A DNA stretch of 64,000 nt from Escherichia phage vB_EcoM_ESCO50: sequence record OM386664.1; one strand, written 5' to 3'. Numbering within the stretch: position 1 is the stretch's first letter; every line of letters begins with the position of its first letter. The position numbers and the translations under genes were made by a program. The notes under the pieces were generated by a model. That model was not told the DNA's origin. It ran no database searches and saw only the letters and a list, made by a program, of their open reading frames with translations. This document shows, in pieces, positions 10,224-20,552 of the stretch.

Positions 10224-10632
10224 ATACTAATTACTGGAAGTTGTGCTTATCTTTAGAAGCTGCTTTACGTGCAGTTTTTCCAGTTCTTACACGTTTTTCT
10301 TCATAGTATTTTGCTGGTTTTCCAGCAGTGGCTTTTAAGGAATCCCCAAAAACTTTTTCAAATGCTTTAGAGTGTTTCATGATATTCTCCGATATACTTG
10401 ATATTCAAACACGTTTTCTTTCATTATAAACAGCCAACTAATATTATGCTGAGGCAGCGAAATAATGACTGTAATCATGCTTTGGTGGAAATCCTCTTTT
10501 GCCTCAACTTCCCCATCGCATTTCATGAGGAGCATTCTATAGAACCTATCAAGCTTTGTCAAACACTCTTCCTGAAATTTATTTAAACTTTTTTCTTCAA
10601 AGAAGGGTGTGAACCCCTCTCTTTTATAACTA

Positions 10633-12624
10633 TCACTCAGTTTCGAACGGGCAGTCATCTGCATCCTCACTTAATACAGGTGGAATCGTTGAGCTTTGAC
10701 GCTGCTCTTCAGTATAGACTTCACCAGTATCACGGTCAAACACTTCATCCTCATAATGTGGCAAAGAGTCATCGTAATGGTCTTCAGCTTCACCAATGCC
10801 AAACTGTTGGCGAATATTTTCTGCTGCACCATCAATGTCAACTCCGCAACCAGATGCTTTGATAAGACGCCCTGTATCTGGATTGTACCAAGTATGACCA
10901 GCAATACCCGTTGACTTACCATGACGACGACATTTAGTTAACTTGATTTTTGTCAAGTTTTTCTTAACAGGGTCTGGGTCAACCTTGTTACGCATTAACA
11001 GAATGTTGTTCATAGAAATCTGGAAATACGCACCAGAACCTTTAATATCCTCTTCAGAGATATCCCCACCTTCAGAGTTAGCCTTCTGACCACCTGCACT
11101 CTTACGAACGTGACAGACGTTTACCTGTGCATACTGGTAGCGTTTGCAACGGCGCAATAGCTCAGACAAAACTTCCTCTTCATCCGTATCTGAACGTGAT
11201 AGAGCCAACGTAATAGGGTCAAGAATAATAATCTTACAATCTAAACTATTAACAAGATAGTCAACAAACTCCAGCAAGTTATCTTGGTCAATTGCCCCTT
11301 GATGGTCTACGATGTGGATACGACGACCTTTAGATAGTTCTGCGTGTGCTTCCTTCAATTCATCCCAATCACGTTCGTCATAAGGAATCTCAGAAATCTG
11401 CTTGCTCAGGTGGATTGCACAGAGCATCTCCATCAACTCTTCATAGGTATCTTCTACAGGAATTACACCAATGTTGTAATCGGTATCTTTCCAAGCAGTA
11501 TAAATCATTTCACGAGTGTATGCAGATTTACCCACTGAAGATGGTGCTGCCAGAGTTGTAATCTCACCTAAACCATAACCACCATAAGTCAGCCTGTTCA
11601 AATCTCCGAAAGACTCTGGGAAAGGAATCAATGGAATCTGACCACGATTCTTCATTGCCTCAAAACCATCTGCGAAGTTCTTGATACCAGCAGGACAGTA
11701 ACGAGGTGCATTGTAGATACGCTGCTTAAACCCTTCCAGAACTGTATCTTTCTCTTTATAGAACTTTGTCCACCACTCGTTAAGGTCTTTTACACCCTCT
11801 GGATACTGGAATAAACGAACCTTCTCAATAGGTAGGATACCAGCAGCCTCTTTAGTGGCTTTAGCACCTGCTTCATCGTTATCAAAGCACAGGTAAATTT
11901 CATCAAATGATGTAATGTACTGATAGTTATCTTTGATAGACTTAATGTTTGCACCTGATGGAACAGATACGTGACAGTAATTCTTACGACGAGACTTATC
12001 CTTAATCGCCAAAGAAGTCATATAGATTGCTGTCGCACATTCCATCTCACCTTCCCAGATGAATAGACGGTTACCACCTTCTGGAGCAATCCATGAACCG
12101 AACATTGCCAGTTCACCTTTAATGTCTCCAACGCCACCAGAAAAGTCTTTTAACTTACCACGTAGGTGCTCTTTTGGATGGTCTTCTGGGTAACGGTGAC
12201 GAACACGGTAGCCAACATGCTCTAGCTTGCCATCTTCATTACGTTTGTAAGTTGGATAGAAGTGCGCATCAATTTCACCGTCACTGTCAATGTCAACCTT
12301 GATACCTAAGCGTTCAAGGACTTTTGCAGGAATCTTCCTGTCCTTTAAGTCCATTGCTTCTAGGTTTTCTTTCACATCGTCTAAATCCATCCCACGGAAA
12401 GTACGGTTTTTATTGTCTGAACCAGTAGAATAAGTGCTCACGATTTGTCCTTTATCAAAATCCCACTCTGGGAAACCTTTGTTACAACTAAAGCAAGTCA
12501 TCGAATAAGAATCATCGTCATGATGATAGATTGAACCAGCATCTGATGAACCACAACGTGGACATGCACAATGACCAATAAACTGACCAGCCTCTTTCAA
12601 TTTACGACCTTTAGACATTAGCAC
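10633..12624 (-). CDS. Bifunctional DNA primase-helicase (T7 gp4-like)
   Basis: N-terminal zinc ribbon (CPRCGSSD ... CFSCNKG), central primase-type region, C-terminal helicase with Walker A APSSVGKS. Confidence 0.9.
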   Translation of the reverse strand: MLMSKGRKLKEAGQFIGHCACPRCGSSDAGSIYHHDDDSYSMTCFSCNKGFPEWDFDKGQIVSTYSTGSDNKNRTFRGMDLDDVKENLEAMDLKDRKIPAKVLERLGIKVDIDSDGEIDAHFYPTYKRNEDGKLEHVGYRVRHRYPEDHPKEHLRGKLKDFSGGVGDIKGELAMFGSWIAPEGGNRLFIWEGEMECATAIYMTSLAIKDKSRRKNYCHVSVPSGANIKSIKDNYQYITSFDEIYLCFDNDEAGAKATKEAAGILPIEKVRLFQYPEGVKDLNEWWTKFYKEKDTVLEGFKQRIYNAPRYCPAGIKNFADGFEAMKNRGQIPLIPFPESFGDLNRLTYGGYGLGEITTLAAPSSVGKSAYTREMIYTAWKDTDYNIGVIPVEDTYEELMEMLCAIHLSKQISEIPYDERDWDELKEAHAELSKGRRIHIVDHQGAIDQDNLLEFVDYLVNSLDCKIIILDPITLALSRSDTDEEEVLSELLRRCKRYQYAQVNVCHVRKSAGGQKANSEGGDISEEDIKGSGAYFQISMNNILLMRNKVDPDPVKKNLTKIKLTKCRRHGKSTGIAGHTWYNPDTGRLIKASGCGVDIDGAAENIRQQFGIGEAEDHYDDSLPHYEDEVFDRDTGEVYTEEQRQSSTIPPVLSEDADDCPFETE

Positions 12625-12811
12625 CTCTTCGTTGTAGTTCTGCTTTTAAGCCATTTTCAATCTTGTTCAGTTCATGAATTTCATCTGCAATCTCTTTCCT
12701 TCGTGATTCAACTCTCTTAAGACGTTCAATCATTACCTCATTGGAAAGAGATGAGAGTTCCACTAAACGGTGGTCAATAACTTTAAAATTGTCTTTCACT
12801 CCCATCTTCAT
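12611..12811 (-). CDS. Hypothetical small coiled-coil protein (66 aa)
   Basis: ORF track only. Confidence 0.35.
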   Translation of the reverse strand: MKMGVKDNFKVIDHRLVELSSLSNEVMIERLKRVESRRKEIADEIHELNKIENGLKAELQRRGANV

Positions 12812-12819
12812 TCTCTCTT

Positions 12820-13563
12820 TTAAATCTTCAGGATAGCTCTTAGCTTGCCCTCAAGGTCTTCAATAGTACCATTATTATGAATAATGTCACGCTCATATTT
12901 TGTAGAAATGCCATTTTCTGAAACATGTGATGAAACTTTGTCCACATTGTCTCTTTTTACTTCAATAGTTTGGTGTGCAAATCTGCTCAACCACTCAGCT
13001 TCAGAGTCAAATCTTAAATCACTGATTAAAACAACGCCTTCTTGATTTCTAAGTGAGCAAACGTCAAAGAAATTTACCATTCGTTTTTCAAGGTCTTTAG
13101 CCCAGAACTTGTCACCCATAACTTTACGGATAACTTCAGTGCCCCAAATCTGTTGAATTTGTCTTGATGAGAATTTATACTTTTTACTAAATCCCAGACG
13201 TGTTAATAGAGTCGGTTTAGCAACCTTCTTAAGCTCCATGATTAAGCGTCCTGTCAATTCCGACACAAGTTTAAAGTCCGTGTGATAACGTTCACCTTTG
13301 AAGGTGAACTCCGTAGCTTCGGTAACTTTTAACATTAGTTCAGGATATGATAAGTCAAAAACCTGTGGAGTCTCTTTAGTTTCACCATACAGGTCATTCC
13401 AAGTCAAGTCAAATATCTTTGATGCAGATAGTTTAAGGTTGTCTGCAAAGGCCATTACTTCAACATTGTAGCCATACTCATCCTCTAAGATGTTCTTCAC
13501 AATAGAACATGAGGTGTCTTTTCCAGAACGTGCCTTTCCAGTAAATGCAATGATTTTACTCAT
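12820..13563 (-). CDS. Deoxynucleoside monophosphate kinase
   Basis: N-terminus MSKIIAFTGKARSGKDT is a P-loop closely resembling T4 gp1 dNMP kinase (MKLIFLSGVKRSGKDT, from memory). Confidence 0.75.
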   Translation of the reverse strand: MSKIIAFTGKARSGKDTSCSIVKNILEDEYGYNVEVMAFADNLKLSASKIFDLTWNDLYGETKETPQVFDLSYPELMLKVTEATEFTFKGERYHTDFKLVSELTGRLIMELKKVAKPTLLTRLGFSKKYKFSSRQIQQIWGTEVIRKVMGDKFWAKDLEKRMVNFFDVCSLRNQEGVVLISDLRFDSEAEWLSRFAHQTIEVKRDNVDKVSSHVSENGISTKYERDIIHNNGTIEDLEGKLRAILKI

Positions 13564-13624
13564 TTTATCTCCCTTAATTACTAAAAAGCCCCCAACTAAG
13601 GAGGCTTGTAAAATTTATAAAGAC

Positions 13625-14425
13625 TTAGTGCAGTTGCTCAGCAGACTCTTTTTCAGCCATAGCTGAGAGTTGCTTCACAAAATCATCACCGAAGTTAATG
13701 CGAAGTTTCTCTTCAATGATTGAAGCACCAATGTTCACCAAAACATCATTGATTGCTTGCATACTAACACCACCAGTCATCTCCTCAATGAACTCCATAC
13801 TCACACCCATCACCTGTGAAAGTTGGATTAGTGCAACGATATTCATCATTGTAGAGATAGCTGGAATCATCAGTGCAACTTTCACCTGAAGTGGCTCTAT
13901 ATCAGCTACAGAGTCATTCTCAACAGCTTCTTCCAAAGACTCTTTGGTTTGCTGGATAATCTCTTTGATTCGTGGGTTTAATTCCTCTACGCCCCAATCA
14001 AGCTTTTCATATCGTGACAGCTTTTCTTCCATACGCTTCTCAAGAACAGCCATAACAGCACTCGTTGATGAGATAAGCGTATCAATAATGAAATCAGTGT
14101 CCTTAGTCAGCAGTAGTTCCTTATCTTCGTCTGACATCCTGATATAGTCATTCTTTTGCATTTCATAAAAAATGAACTCAGCAAGTGCATCAACACCAAC
14201 CGCAATAGATGCCAGAGCAAGTGTAGTGTCTGTCAACATCATGTTAACCTGTTCTGCAAAAGCACCGTTATCAGACTTGTCTTTAGGCAGATTGTAGCTT
14301 GCAGGCATAAACTGTTCTGTGTAGTTGTTACCACGAAGAATCATAGCCATGCTTTCTACGGCATTGATTAAGAACGCTTCGTCAATACCCTTTTCTTCAA
14401 GCATCTTTTCTACATCGATATTCAT
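13625..14425 (-). CDS. Hypothetical acidic protein (266 aa)
   Basis: ORF track. Confidence 0.5.
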   Translation of the reverse strand: MNIDVEKMLEEKGIDEAFLINAVESMAMILRGNNYTEQFMPASYNLPKDKSDNGAFAEQVNMMLTDTTLALASIAVGVDALAEFIFYEMQKNDYIRMSDEDKELLLTKDTDFIIDTLISSTSAVMAVLEKRMEEKLSRYEKLDWGVEELNPRIKEIIQQTKESLEEAVENDSVADIEPLQVKVALMIPAISTMMNIVALIQLSQVMGVSMEFIEEMTGGVSMQAINDVLVNIGASIIEEKLRINFGDDFVKQLSAMAEKESAEQLH

Positions 14426-14426
14426 A

Positions 14427-14849
14427 TTATTTCTCTCTCAGTTGGTTAAGTTTCTTTCTAGAACATTTTAAGTTTTCTGATGAAGAAAAGTCAAGTGTCT
14501 TTTCAGAACGTGGATAATAGTGCCTATCCCAAGAAGTTTCAACATCATTAATCAGTGACGCTAGATTACACAGGTCTGTACCACTTTGCAACCTCTTTTT
14601 AAGAGAATCTAGTAAAGCAACTGTGTCTTTAGCTTTACGTCTCGCTGTAGCAACATCTTTCATATGCTCAAATACAGAGCATTTTAAGTCATCTTCATAG
14701 TTTTCAGATAACTCTATTTCATGTTGTATATCAACCATTCTCCTGTGATGGTGAGCATATTCCCGTTGAGCAGCAATGTCAAGTTCTTCCAACTTCTGCA
14801 AAGCTCTAACAAAGTCAGCTATGTCTGGGTGAACAAACATTTTCTGCAT
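14427..14849 (-). CDS. Hypothetical protein (140 aa)
   Basis: ORF track; first gene of the minus-strand operon leaving the divergent region. Confidence 0.5.
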   Translation of the reverse strand: MQKMFVHPDIADFVRALQKLEELDIAAQREYAHHHRRMVDIQHEIELSENYEDDLKCSVFEHMKDVATARRKAKDTVALLDSLKKRLQSGTDLCNLASLINDVETSWDRHYYPRSEKTLDFSSSENLKCSRKKLNQLREK

Positions 14850-15106
14850 GTAAGCCTCTTTTAAGTAACTATTAAGTTTTAATCTTTTATCTTAACGTAT
14901 TCTATACGTTATACTTTAAAGCTTTTTAAAAACTATTAAATAGTCTTTTAAGAGTTTTAAAGTATCTGTATAGTTAAACTGTTAAGTAACCTTTTAAGTA
15001 AAAACCCACTTCGCAAAGATTAACACCTTGTCAAGTACATTGTCAACTTGCTTTTTATAATTTTTTACAGTAATGTATGAGATTAATGATTTAAGAGGGA
15101 GTAAAA

Positions 15107-17806
15107 ATGGAAAACGTAGATTTTAAAAACTTACATTTAGTTGGCGATACAGAAACTGATGGTTTGCTCCTTGAGTTCACTAAAGTGCACGTAATGGCTT
15201 TCGCAGACTATAAATCTGACGATGAAGAGCCACCTGTATGGGTCTTTACAGATGAGCCTATCCTCGGTCACAAGTACACTAAGTACCTTAAGGGTGGTTT
15301 ACGTGAAGGTGTTGAGTTTGCGTTAAAGGCAAAACGTCTTTGCATCCATAATGGTCTCGGTTATGACTGGTGGGTTTTCAATCACATTGCACCGGATTTA
15401 TGGAACTTTGATAATCCAAAGTGTAAGCCGTGGAGTAATTTCTTTCAGGATTCTCTTATCCAGTCTCGTGTTCAGTGGATGGATAGGCCAACTCCAAAGG
15501 GTTATAAAGGTGCTCATGGTTTGGCTGCATGGGGTGCTCGTGTTGGTGTTCGTAAGCCAGAGATTGAGCATTGGGGTGTGTGGAATGCAGAAATCTTCAC
15601 TCGTGTTGTAGATGATATCCGTATTAACGCCAAAACTAAACGGGCACTTGATAACGAGTATCTCAAGCTTAAGAAGTGTGGCATAGACACTTATGAAACC
15701 TACATGCGAGCTAAAGAAACATCTTTCTGGATGAGTCAACAAGCTATCAATGGTTGGAAAGCTGATAAAGAGCTTATGGAGTTCCATGTGAAGGAACTTG
15801 ACAAGTTGACTAATGAGCTTGCTTCAGAGGTTGAACCACATCTTCCTCCAACTATTAAGACCAAAGGTAAAGTCACTGGAGAAGAGTTTGCAAAAGCTTG
15901 GAATGAGTATGTTGAAACATTTGGTCATGCAGATGGACTGAAAAGAATTACCAAGTACCCTAAGACAAAGTATCGTCAGCAGGTACGTAATGGTGAGATG
16001 CAGACATACGAAATCAAACCATTTGGTAAGCCAACTACAAAGATTTTTAACATTGAAAAGAGAAATTGCTATACACCAACCAACTCTGTAACTGGTGAAG
16101 AGTACAAGGAAGGTTTTGTAGCAATGAAGGATGCTCGTGCAATTTGCAATGAGTTGAATGCAAAGATTGGTAAGAAGTGCAAAGACTGGAAGCCAGTAAA
16201 AACAGTCAAAACTGTGAAGTATTATAACAGCCACGTTGTTAACCACTTTGAACTTGAGTCAAGTCGCTACACAGGTTTGATTGATGCACCATATACACCA
16301 ATTGAGTTTGAAGTTTCTCGTATGACTCAGGTAGCAGTTGTTAAAGACTACTTGAAATCAGTTGGTTGGATTCCAGATGACTGGAACTACAAGAAAGACT
16401 CAGACGGTCGCCCTGTCAAAGTTTGTCGTTTCAAAGACAATAAAAAGATGATTACAAAACATCCTAAGTGGCAGGAGATGGTTGAACGGTGTGGTTTGAG
16501 TTATGTTGAACATGAAGGTGTACAGTACATTGAGCATAACTGGTCTGTGAAGAAATACACAGATTTGCTTGAACCTTGCTTAATCCGTACTTCACCAAAA
16601 CTTACTGAATCATCTTATGACACGATTGAAGGTGAGCTTGGACAGAAGATTGCGAAATACTACACTTTGATGCACAGACGCAGAACTATTGAGAACTCAA
16701 AGGATGATGAAAAAGGTTGGTTAAACCAGATTCGTCCCGATGGTCGCCTTAGTGCTGGTGCAATGGTGTTTGGTACTTCAACTGGACGTATGACACAATA
16801 TGGTATTGTAAACGTACCATCTGGTGCTGCTGTCTATGGAGCACCTATGAGGGAGGTTTGGACTTGTGAAGATGGTACAGATATCATTTCCGTAGACCAA
16901 AACTCAGCCCAGCTAGTTCTCCTTTGTAACTTTATGGGTGATGAAGACTTCACTAAAGCGGTAACTGAGGGTAAAGAGTCAGTAGAGTTCACTAAGCAAG
17001 ATGATGGTAGATACTACTGTAAGCATCTTGACAAGTATCTTAACCCAGAAACTGACAAGTATCTGCGTTATGATGCTGAAAATGACCTCTATGAAGTCTA
17101 CACAGGGACTGATGCGCATACACTGAACAGTATTTACTTTGGTCTGAACAAAGAAGAAGATATTGTTCGTTGTAGGGAGACACAGGATGAGGAGCTTCTT
17201 CACGAGATTACAAAAGGTCGTAAGAAGAGCAAAAATGGCATCTACGCCCTGTTATTTGGAGCCGGAGACGAGAAGTTTGCAAAAACTATCAAGGCATCAT
17301 CTACGGAAGAAGGTGCATTGACTAAACAAACTTACTTTGTGCGTCTACCTAAGATTAAAAAGCTGCTTGATAGACTAGAGGAAGACTTCAAAGCAACTAA
17401 GAAAGCACTTGAAGAGGTTTTTGGAAAAACTTCTGCAATTGCGAAAGGTGGGTACATCAAAGTTGCTGGAGCGTGGTTATGGTGTAAATCTCCACATAAG
17501 TTATTGAATTACACACTTATGGGCAGTGAGGCGCAGGTGCAGAATGAGGGTATTAACTTGGCTAACAGAGAGTTAACAGAGCGTAAGCTTACAGTCCTAA
17601 ATGGTAGGAAACCAGCTATTGGTGCTAGATGGGTCTGTAGTTACCACGACGAAGTTTCTTTAGAGGTTCCAACAAAAGATGTACCAGATGTTAAGGAGAT
17701 TATTGATAGGATGTATGGTCAAGCATCAAAAAATCTTGGATTAAAAAGTAAGACGCTTGTTACAGGCACTGGTAAGGTAGGTAAGACATGGTACGCCGTA
17801 CACTAA
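15107..17806 (+). CDS. DNA polymerase, family A (T7 gp5-like) with 3'-5' exonuclease domain
   Basis: Exo I motif VGDTETDGL, Exo II-like CIHNGLGYDW, polymerase-region motifs (…DQNSAQLVLL…, …SYHDEVSLEV…); 899 aa. Confidence 0.9.
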   Translation: MENVDFKNLHLVGDTETDGLLLEFTKVHVMAFADYKSDDEEPPVWVFTDEPILGHKYTKYLKGGLREGVEFALKAKRLCIHNGLGYDWWVFNHIAPDLWNFDNPKCKPWSNFFQDSLIQSRVQWMDRPTPKGYKGAHGLAAWGARVGVRKPEIEHWGVWNAEIFTRVVDDIRINAKTKRALDNEYLKLKKCGIDTYETYMRAKETSFWMSQQAINGWKADKELMEFHVKELDKLTNELASEVEPHLPPTIKTKGKVTGEEFAKAWNEYVETFGHADGLKRITKYPKTKYRQQVRNGEMQTYEIKPFGKPTTKIFNIEKRNCYTPTNSVTGEEYKEGFVAMKDARAICNELNAKIGKKCKDWKPVKTVKTVKYYNSHVVNHFELESSRYTGLIDAPYTPIEFEVSRMTQVAVVKDYLKSVGWIPDDWNYKKDSDGRPVKVCRFKDNKKMITKHPKWQEMVERCGLSYVEHEGVQYIEHNWSVKKYTDLLEPCLIRTSPKLTESSYDTIEGELGQKIAKYYTLMHRRRTIENSKDDEKGWLNQIRPDGRLSAGAMVFGTSTGRMTQYGIVNVPSGAAVYGAPMREVWTCEDGTDIISVDQNSAQLVLLCNFMGDEDFTKAVTEGKESVEFTKQDDGRYYCKHLDKYLNPETDKYLRYDAENDLYEVYTGTDAHTLNSIYFGLNKEEDIVRCRETQDEELLHEITKGRKKSKNGIYALLFGAGDEKFAKTIKASSTEEGALTKQTYFVRLPKIKKLLDRLEEDFKATKKALEEVFGKTSAIAKGGYIKVAGAWLWCKSPHKLLNYTLMGSEAQVQNEGINLANRELTERKLTVLNGRKPAIGARWVCSYHDEVSLEVPTKDVPDVKEIIDRMYGQASKNLGLKSKTLVTGTGKVGKTWYAVH

Positions 17807-18291
17807 CACTTCAAGATTACAAGGACAATTTTATTTACGACCCCGACAAAGGGGTCTTCTACAACAAGTATGACAGGAATAGGCAAGCTAAAGCTGGTCA
17901 GGTTGCCGGAGGAAGTGATGCTTATGGTTACAGGGTACTTAAATTCAAAGGTGTTGTAATAAAAGTACATCACCTTGTTTGGTGGTTTGAGCATGGTTAC
18001 AAACCTACTAAGATGATAGACCACATTGATGGTAATAGGAGCAATAACCACATTTCTAATCTTAGAGAGGCCGATAAATATGGAAACGCTCAAAACAGAG
18101 TAAAGCAGACAACTAACAAATCAGGTTACAAGGGTGTATATTACTTTAAAGACTGCAATAAGTGGAGGGCAGCTATAACATGCAGAGGTAAAAGGACATC
18201 ACTTGGTTTATTTGACACACCTGAAGAAGCCCATAAAGCTTACTGTGAAGCTGCTATAAAACTCCACGGAGAGTTTGCAAAACTAAGTTGA
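17788..18291 (+). CDS. HNH homing endonuclease with AP2-like DNA-binding domain
   Basis: HHLVWWFEHGYKP...IDHIDGNRSNNHISNLR is a classic HNH signature; start overlaps polymerase stop by 19 nt. Confidence 0.85.
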   Translation: MVRRTLTLQDYKDNFIYDPDKGVFYNKYDRNRQAKAGQVAGGSDAYGYRVLKFKGVVIKVHHLVWWFEHGYKPTKMIDHIDGNRSNNHISNLREADKYGNAQNRVKQTTNKSGYKGVYYFKDCNKWRAAITCRGKRTSLGLFDTPEEAHKAYCEAAIKLHGEFAKLS

Positions 18292-18321
18292 CAAGGTGCT
18301 CAGGGAAGAGTACCTTATACT
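18288..18321 (+). promoter_or_regulatory. Putative sigma70-type promoter (TTGACA-N17-TACCTT / TATACT)
   Basis: TTGACA at 18288-18293, 17-nt spacer, TAnnnT hexamers; about 25 nt upstream of the next ORF. Confidence 0.35.
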
Positions 18322-18342
18322 ATATCTTGTATAGGAGGGCTT

Positions 18343-18561
18343 ATGACACTTTCAGAGATTGAAGTTCAGTTGCAATGTGCTGGTTATTCTCAAAAAGAGA
18401 TTGAAGGGATGTTTATTGTTCTTTGCAGTGGTTCTAGAAATTTGAAGGTAAGTCCTGAATTTCTTCGTAGAGTAGATATCTTTATTGCTGGAGGCAAAAT
18501 TGCAAAAGACAAGACAGGGTACTTAAAAGGTGAACGTATTGATATTCTGGAGTTGATATGA
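18343..18561 (+). CDS. Hypothetical protein (72 aa)
   Basis: ORF track. Confidence 0.45.
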   Translation: MTLSEIEVQLQCAGYSQKEIEGMFIVLCSGSRNLKVSPEFLRRVDIFIAGGKIAKDKTGYLKGERIDILELI

Positions 18562-18827
18562 ATAGTTTGTATAGTCTCTGGAGAAGGGTTATGTGGAAAG
18601 CAGTAATTGCACTTGGTGTTATTTTTCTATCTGGCTGCAATCCTTCTTATGAAGATAAAAATGCTTCTTACAGTCTCCCACCAGAGATGCAAGATTGCAT
18701 AGTCTATGAGTTATATGGTGATACTACAAGTAGAGATATTGTTGTTGTAAGATGTCCAAACTCTCAAACAACAACATCTTATAGCTATGGCAAAAATGGC
18801 CAATCACATACTACGGTTATTGAGTGA
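18558..18827 (+). CDS. Small predicted outer-membrane lipoprotein (lipobox LSGC)
   Basis: Signal peptide MNSLYSLWRRVMWKAVIALGVIFLSGC with lipobox; ~65-aa mature part with two further Cys. Confidence 0.55.
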   Translation: MNSLYSLWRRVMWKAVIALGVIFLSGCNPSYEDKNASYSLPPEMQDCIVYELYGDTTSRDIVVVRCPNSQTTTSYSYGKNGQSHTTVIE

Positions 18828-19044
18828 GGTTTTCACGATGGAAGTCCTAGTAAACTATATCTATCGTTATGATGTTGTTCACTCCACTACAACCATAGCT
18901 CAACGTAATCCAATCGTCCCACGAGAAGGTGAGTTTGTTCGCATTGAGGGTTGGACTTACACTGTGGAAAGCATCATTCATAAGTTTGATGTTGCTGGCG
19001 ATGTTCAAGTTATCGACGTAGAAATTGGTAGTAAGAGAAAATGA
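18787..19044 (+). CDS. Hypothetical protein (85 aa)
   Basis: ORF track. Confidence 0.4.
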   Translation: MAKMANHILRLLSEVFTMEVLVNYIYRYDVVHSTTTIAQRNPIVPREGEFVRIEGWTYTVESIIHKFDVAGDVQVIDVEIGSKRK

Positions 19045-20141
19045 CAACACTGTACAAACAAAATAAAGATGGCTCTTTCAACGTCTGGTCATGTACTGCT
19101 GTAGGTGATAAAGTTATTACAACCTACGGTAAAGAAAATGGCAAGATGATGTTTGAAGAGTATACAGCAGAACCTAAAAACATCGGTAAAAAGAATGAGC
19201 GTAATGCTGAACAGCAAGCCCTCTTTGAAGTTGCTGCTAAGTATAAAAAGCAAGTTGACCGTAAAGGGTATGCTTACACAAAAGAGTCTGCACAGAATAC
19301 TGAGAAGGTAGGTGTACAGCTTGCTCATGATGCTGCAAAGGTTAGCCATGCAAAGTATCTGAAGTTCCCTGCTGATGCTCAACCAAAGCTTGATGGTGTC
19401 CGTTGTAGAATTTCAAGAGATGCTGATTCAGTTAGTTTCACAGCTTATTCTCGTGAGAATACTGTTTACAACGTTCCAGCAGAACTAATCCCAGATTTGC
19501 TTTTGTTGCTTAAATTACATCCACAAGTTGAAGACTTTGACGGAGAGATTTATGCTCATGGTTGGGACTTAGAAGATATTGTGTCTATGATTAAGAATGC
19601 TGACAATCCAGACCGTCACCTTCTTAAATTCTACTGGTATGATACCTGTGACAATTCAAAATCTTGGCCTGAGCGTCGTGAAGTTATTGATAACTCACCC
19701 ATTGTTGAACTTGGGGATACCTGTAGAGTGGTTCCTGTACAGACTATCCGTGTAAATTCTTGGGAAGAGTTTGACGAAGCTCATGATAAGTGGGTTGAAG
19801 CTAAGTTTGAAGGTGCAATGTACCGTTCAATCTCTGAAGACTCCTTCTATGAGTGTTGTCACCGTTCATACTTCTTGATTAAGCACAAGAAGATGCACAC
19901 TGAAGAGTTTAAAGTGACTGGTGTCAAGACCGATAAGCGTGGTCATGGTAAGTTCGTTGTAGAGACTCTTCCTAACGTCTTTGTAGATGTCTCATGGAAG
20001 ACTACTCATGAGAAGAAACAGTATCTTGCTGAACATCCTGAAGAGTTTATCGGGAAACCTTTAACAGTTCAGTTCCAGAAGATGACTCGTAAGGGTTCTT
20101 TACAGTTCCCTGTTGGGCTAGTTATTCGAGATTACGAATAA
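19041..20141 (+). CDS. ATP-dependent DNA ligase-like nucleotidyltransferase
   Basis: Covalent nucleotidyltransferase motif I KLDGVRC (KxDG) at ~residue 116; 366 aa. Confidence 0.65.
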   Translation: MTTLYKQNKDGSFNVWSCTAVGDKVITTYGKENGKMMFEEYTAEPKNIGKKNERNAEQQALFEVAAKYKKQVDRKGYAYTKESAQNTEKVGVQLAHDAAKVSHAKYLKFPADAQPKLDGVRCRISRDADSVSFTAYSRENTVYNVPAELIPDLLLLLKLHPQVEDFDGEIYAHGWDLEDIVSMIKNADNPDRHLLKFYWYDTCDNSKSWPERREVIDNSPIVELGDTCRVVPVQTIRVNSWEEFDEAHDKWVEAKFEGAMYRSISEDSFYECCHRSYFLIKHKKMHTEEFKVTGVKTDKRGHGKFVVETLPNVFVDVSWKTTHEKKQYLAEHPEEFIGKPLTVQFQKMTRKGSLQFPVGLVIRDYE

Positions 20142-20221
20142 AAAGTTGTTGACATAGAAAATTTGGTGAGTATACTGAGCAGCATAAACCGACGGGTACT
20201 CACCAGCATCACTTAAGAGTC

Positions 20222-20347
20222 TTATAAGAGGGTTTTTAAGTGATGTAATGTAAGGCAAGGCAAGGCAAGGTGGGGTGTGGTCTGGCCAGGTTAGGTTCGG
20301 TGATGTCAGGTATGGGTAGTTAGTCTCAGCTACATTAAAATGAGACT
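20222..20347 (+). repeat. Composite intergenic element, copy A: aagagggttttt motif + GGT-rich tract + hairpin agtctca/tgagact
   Basis: Read directly; see findings. Confidence 0.6.
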
Positions 20348-20356
20348 TACCTTTTT

Positions 20357-20494
20357 AAAAGGTCTTTAAGAGGGTTTTTTAATGAGGTAGGGTAAAGTAA
20401 TGCTTGGTCTGGTTTGGTAAGGCGCGGTCTGGTTTGGTAAGGTAAGGTTCGGTATGGTGTGGGTGGATGGTAGTAGCCACATTAAAAATCTACC
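20357..20494 (+). repeat. Composite intergenic element, copy B: aaaaggtctttaagagggtttttt + GGT-rich tract (internal 17-nt direct repeat ggtctggtttggtaagg x2) + hairpin ggtag/ctacc
   Basis: Read directly. Confidence 0.6.
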
Positions 20495-20552
20495 AAGTTT
20501 CTAAAGAGTCTTCTGTTGAGGGTTCTTTACAAACAACTTAACAATAAACTAA

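Noticed and set aside
10377-10670. 97-aa minus-strand ORF at the 3' end of primase-helicase
   Set aside because: Its start overlaps the last 38 nt of the primase-helicase gene and it lacks a convincing RBS; the shorter 49-codon ORF in the gap is preferred. Not excluded.
15398-16246. Two minus-strand ORFs (129 and 140 aa)
   Set aside because: Antisense inside the DNA polymerase gene.
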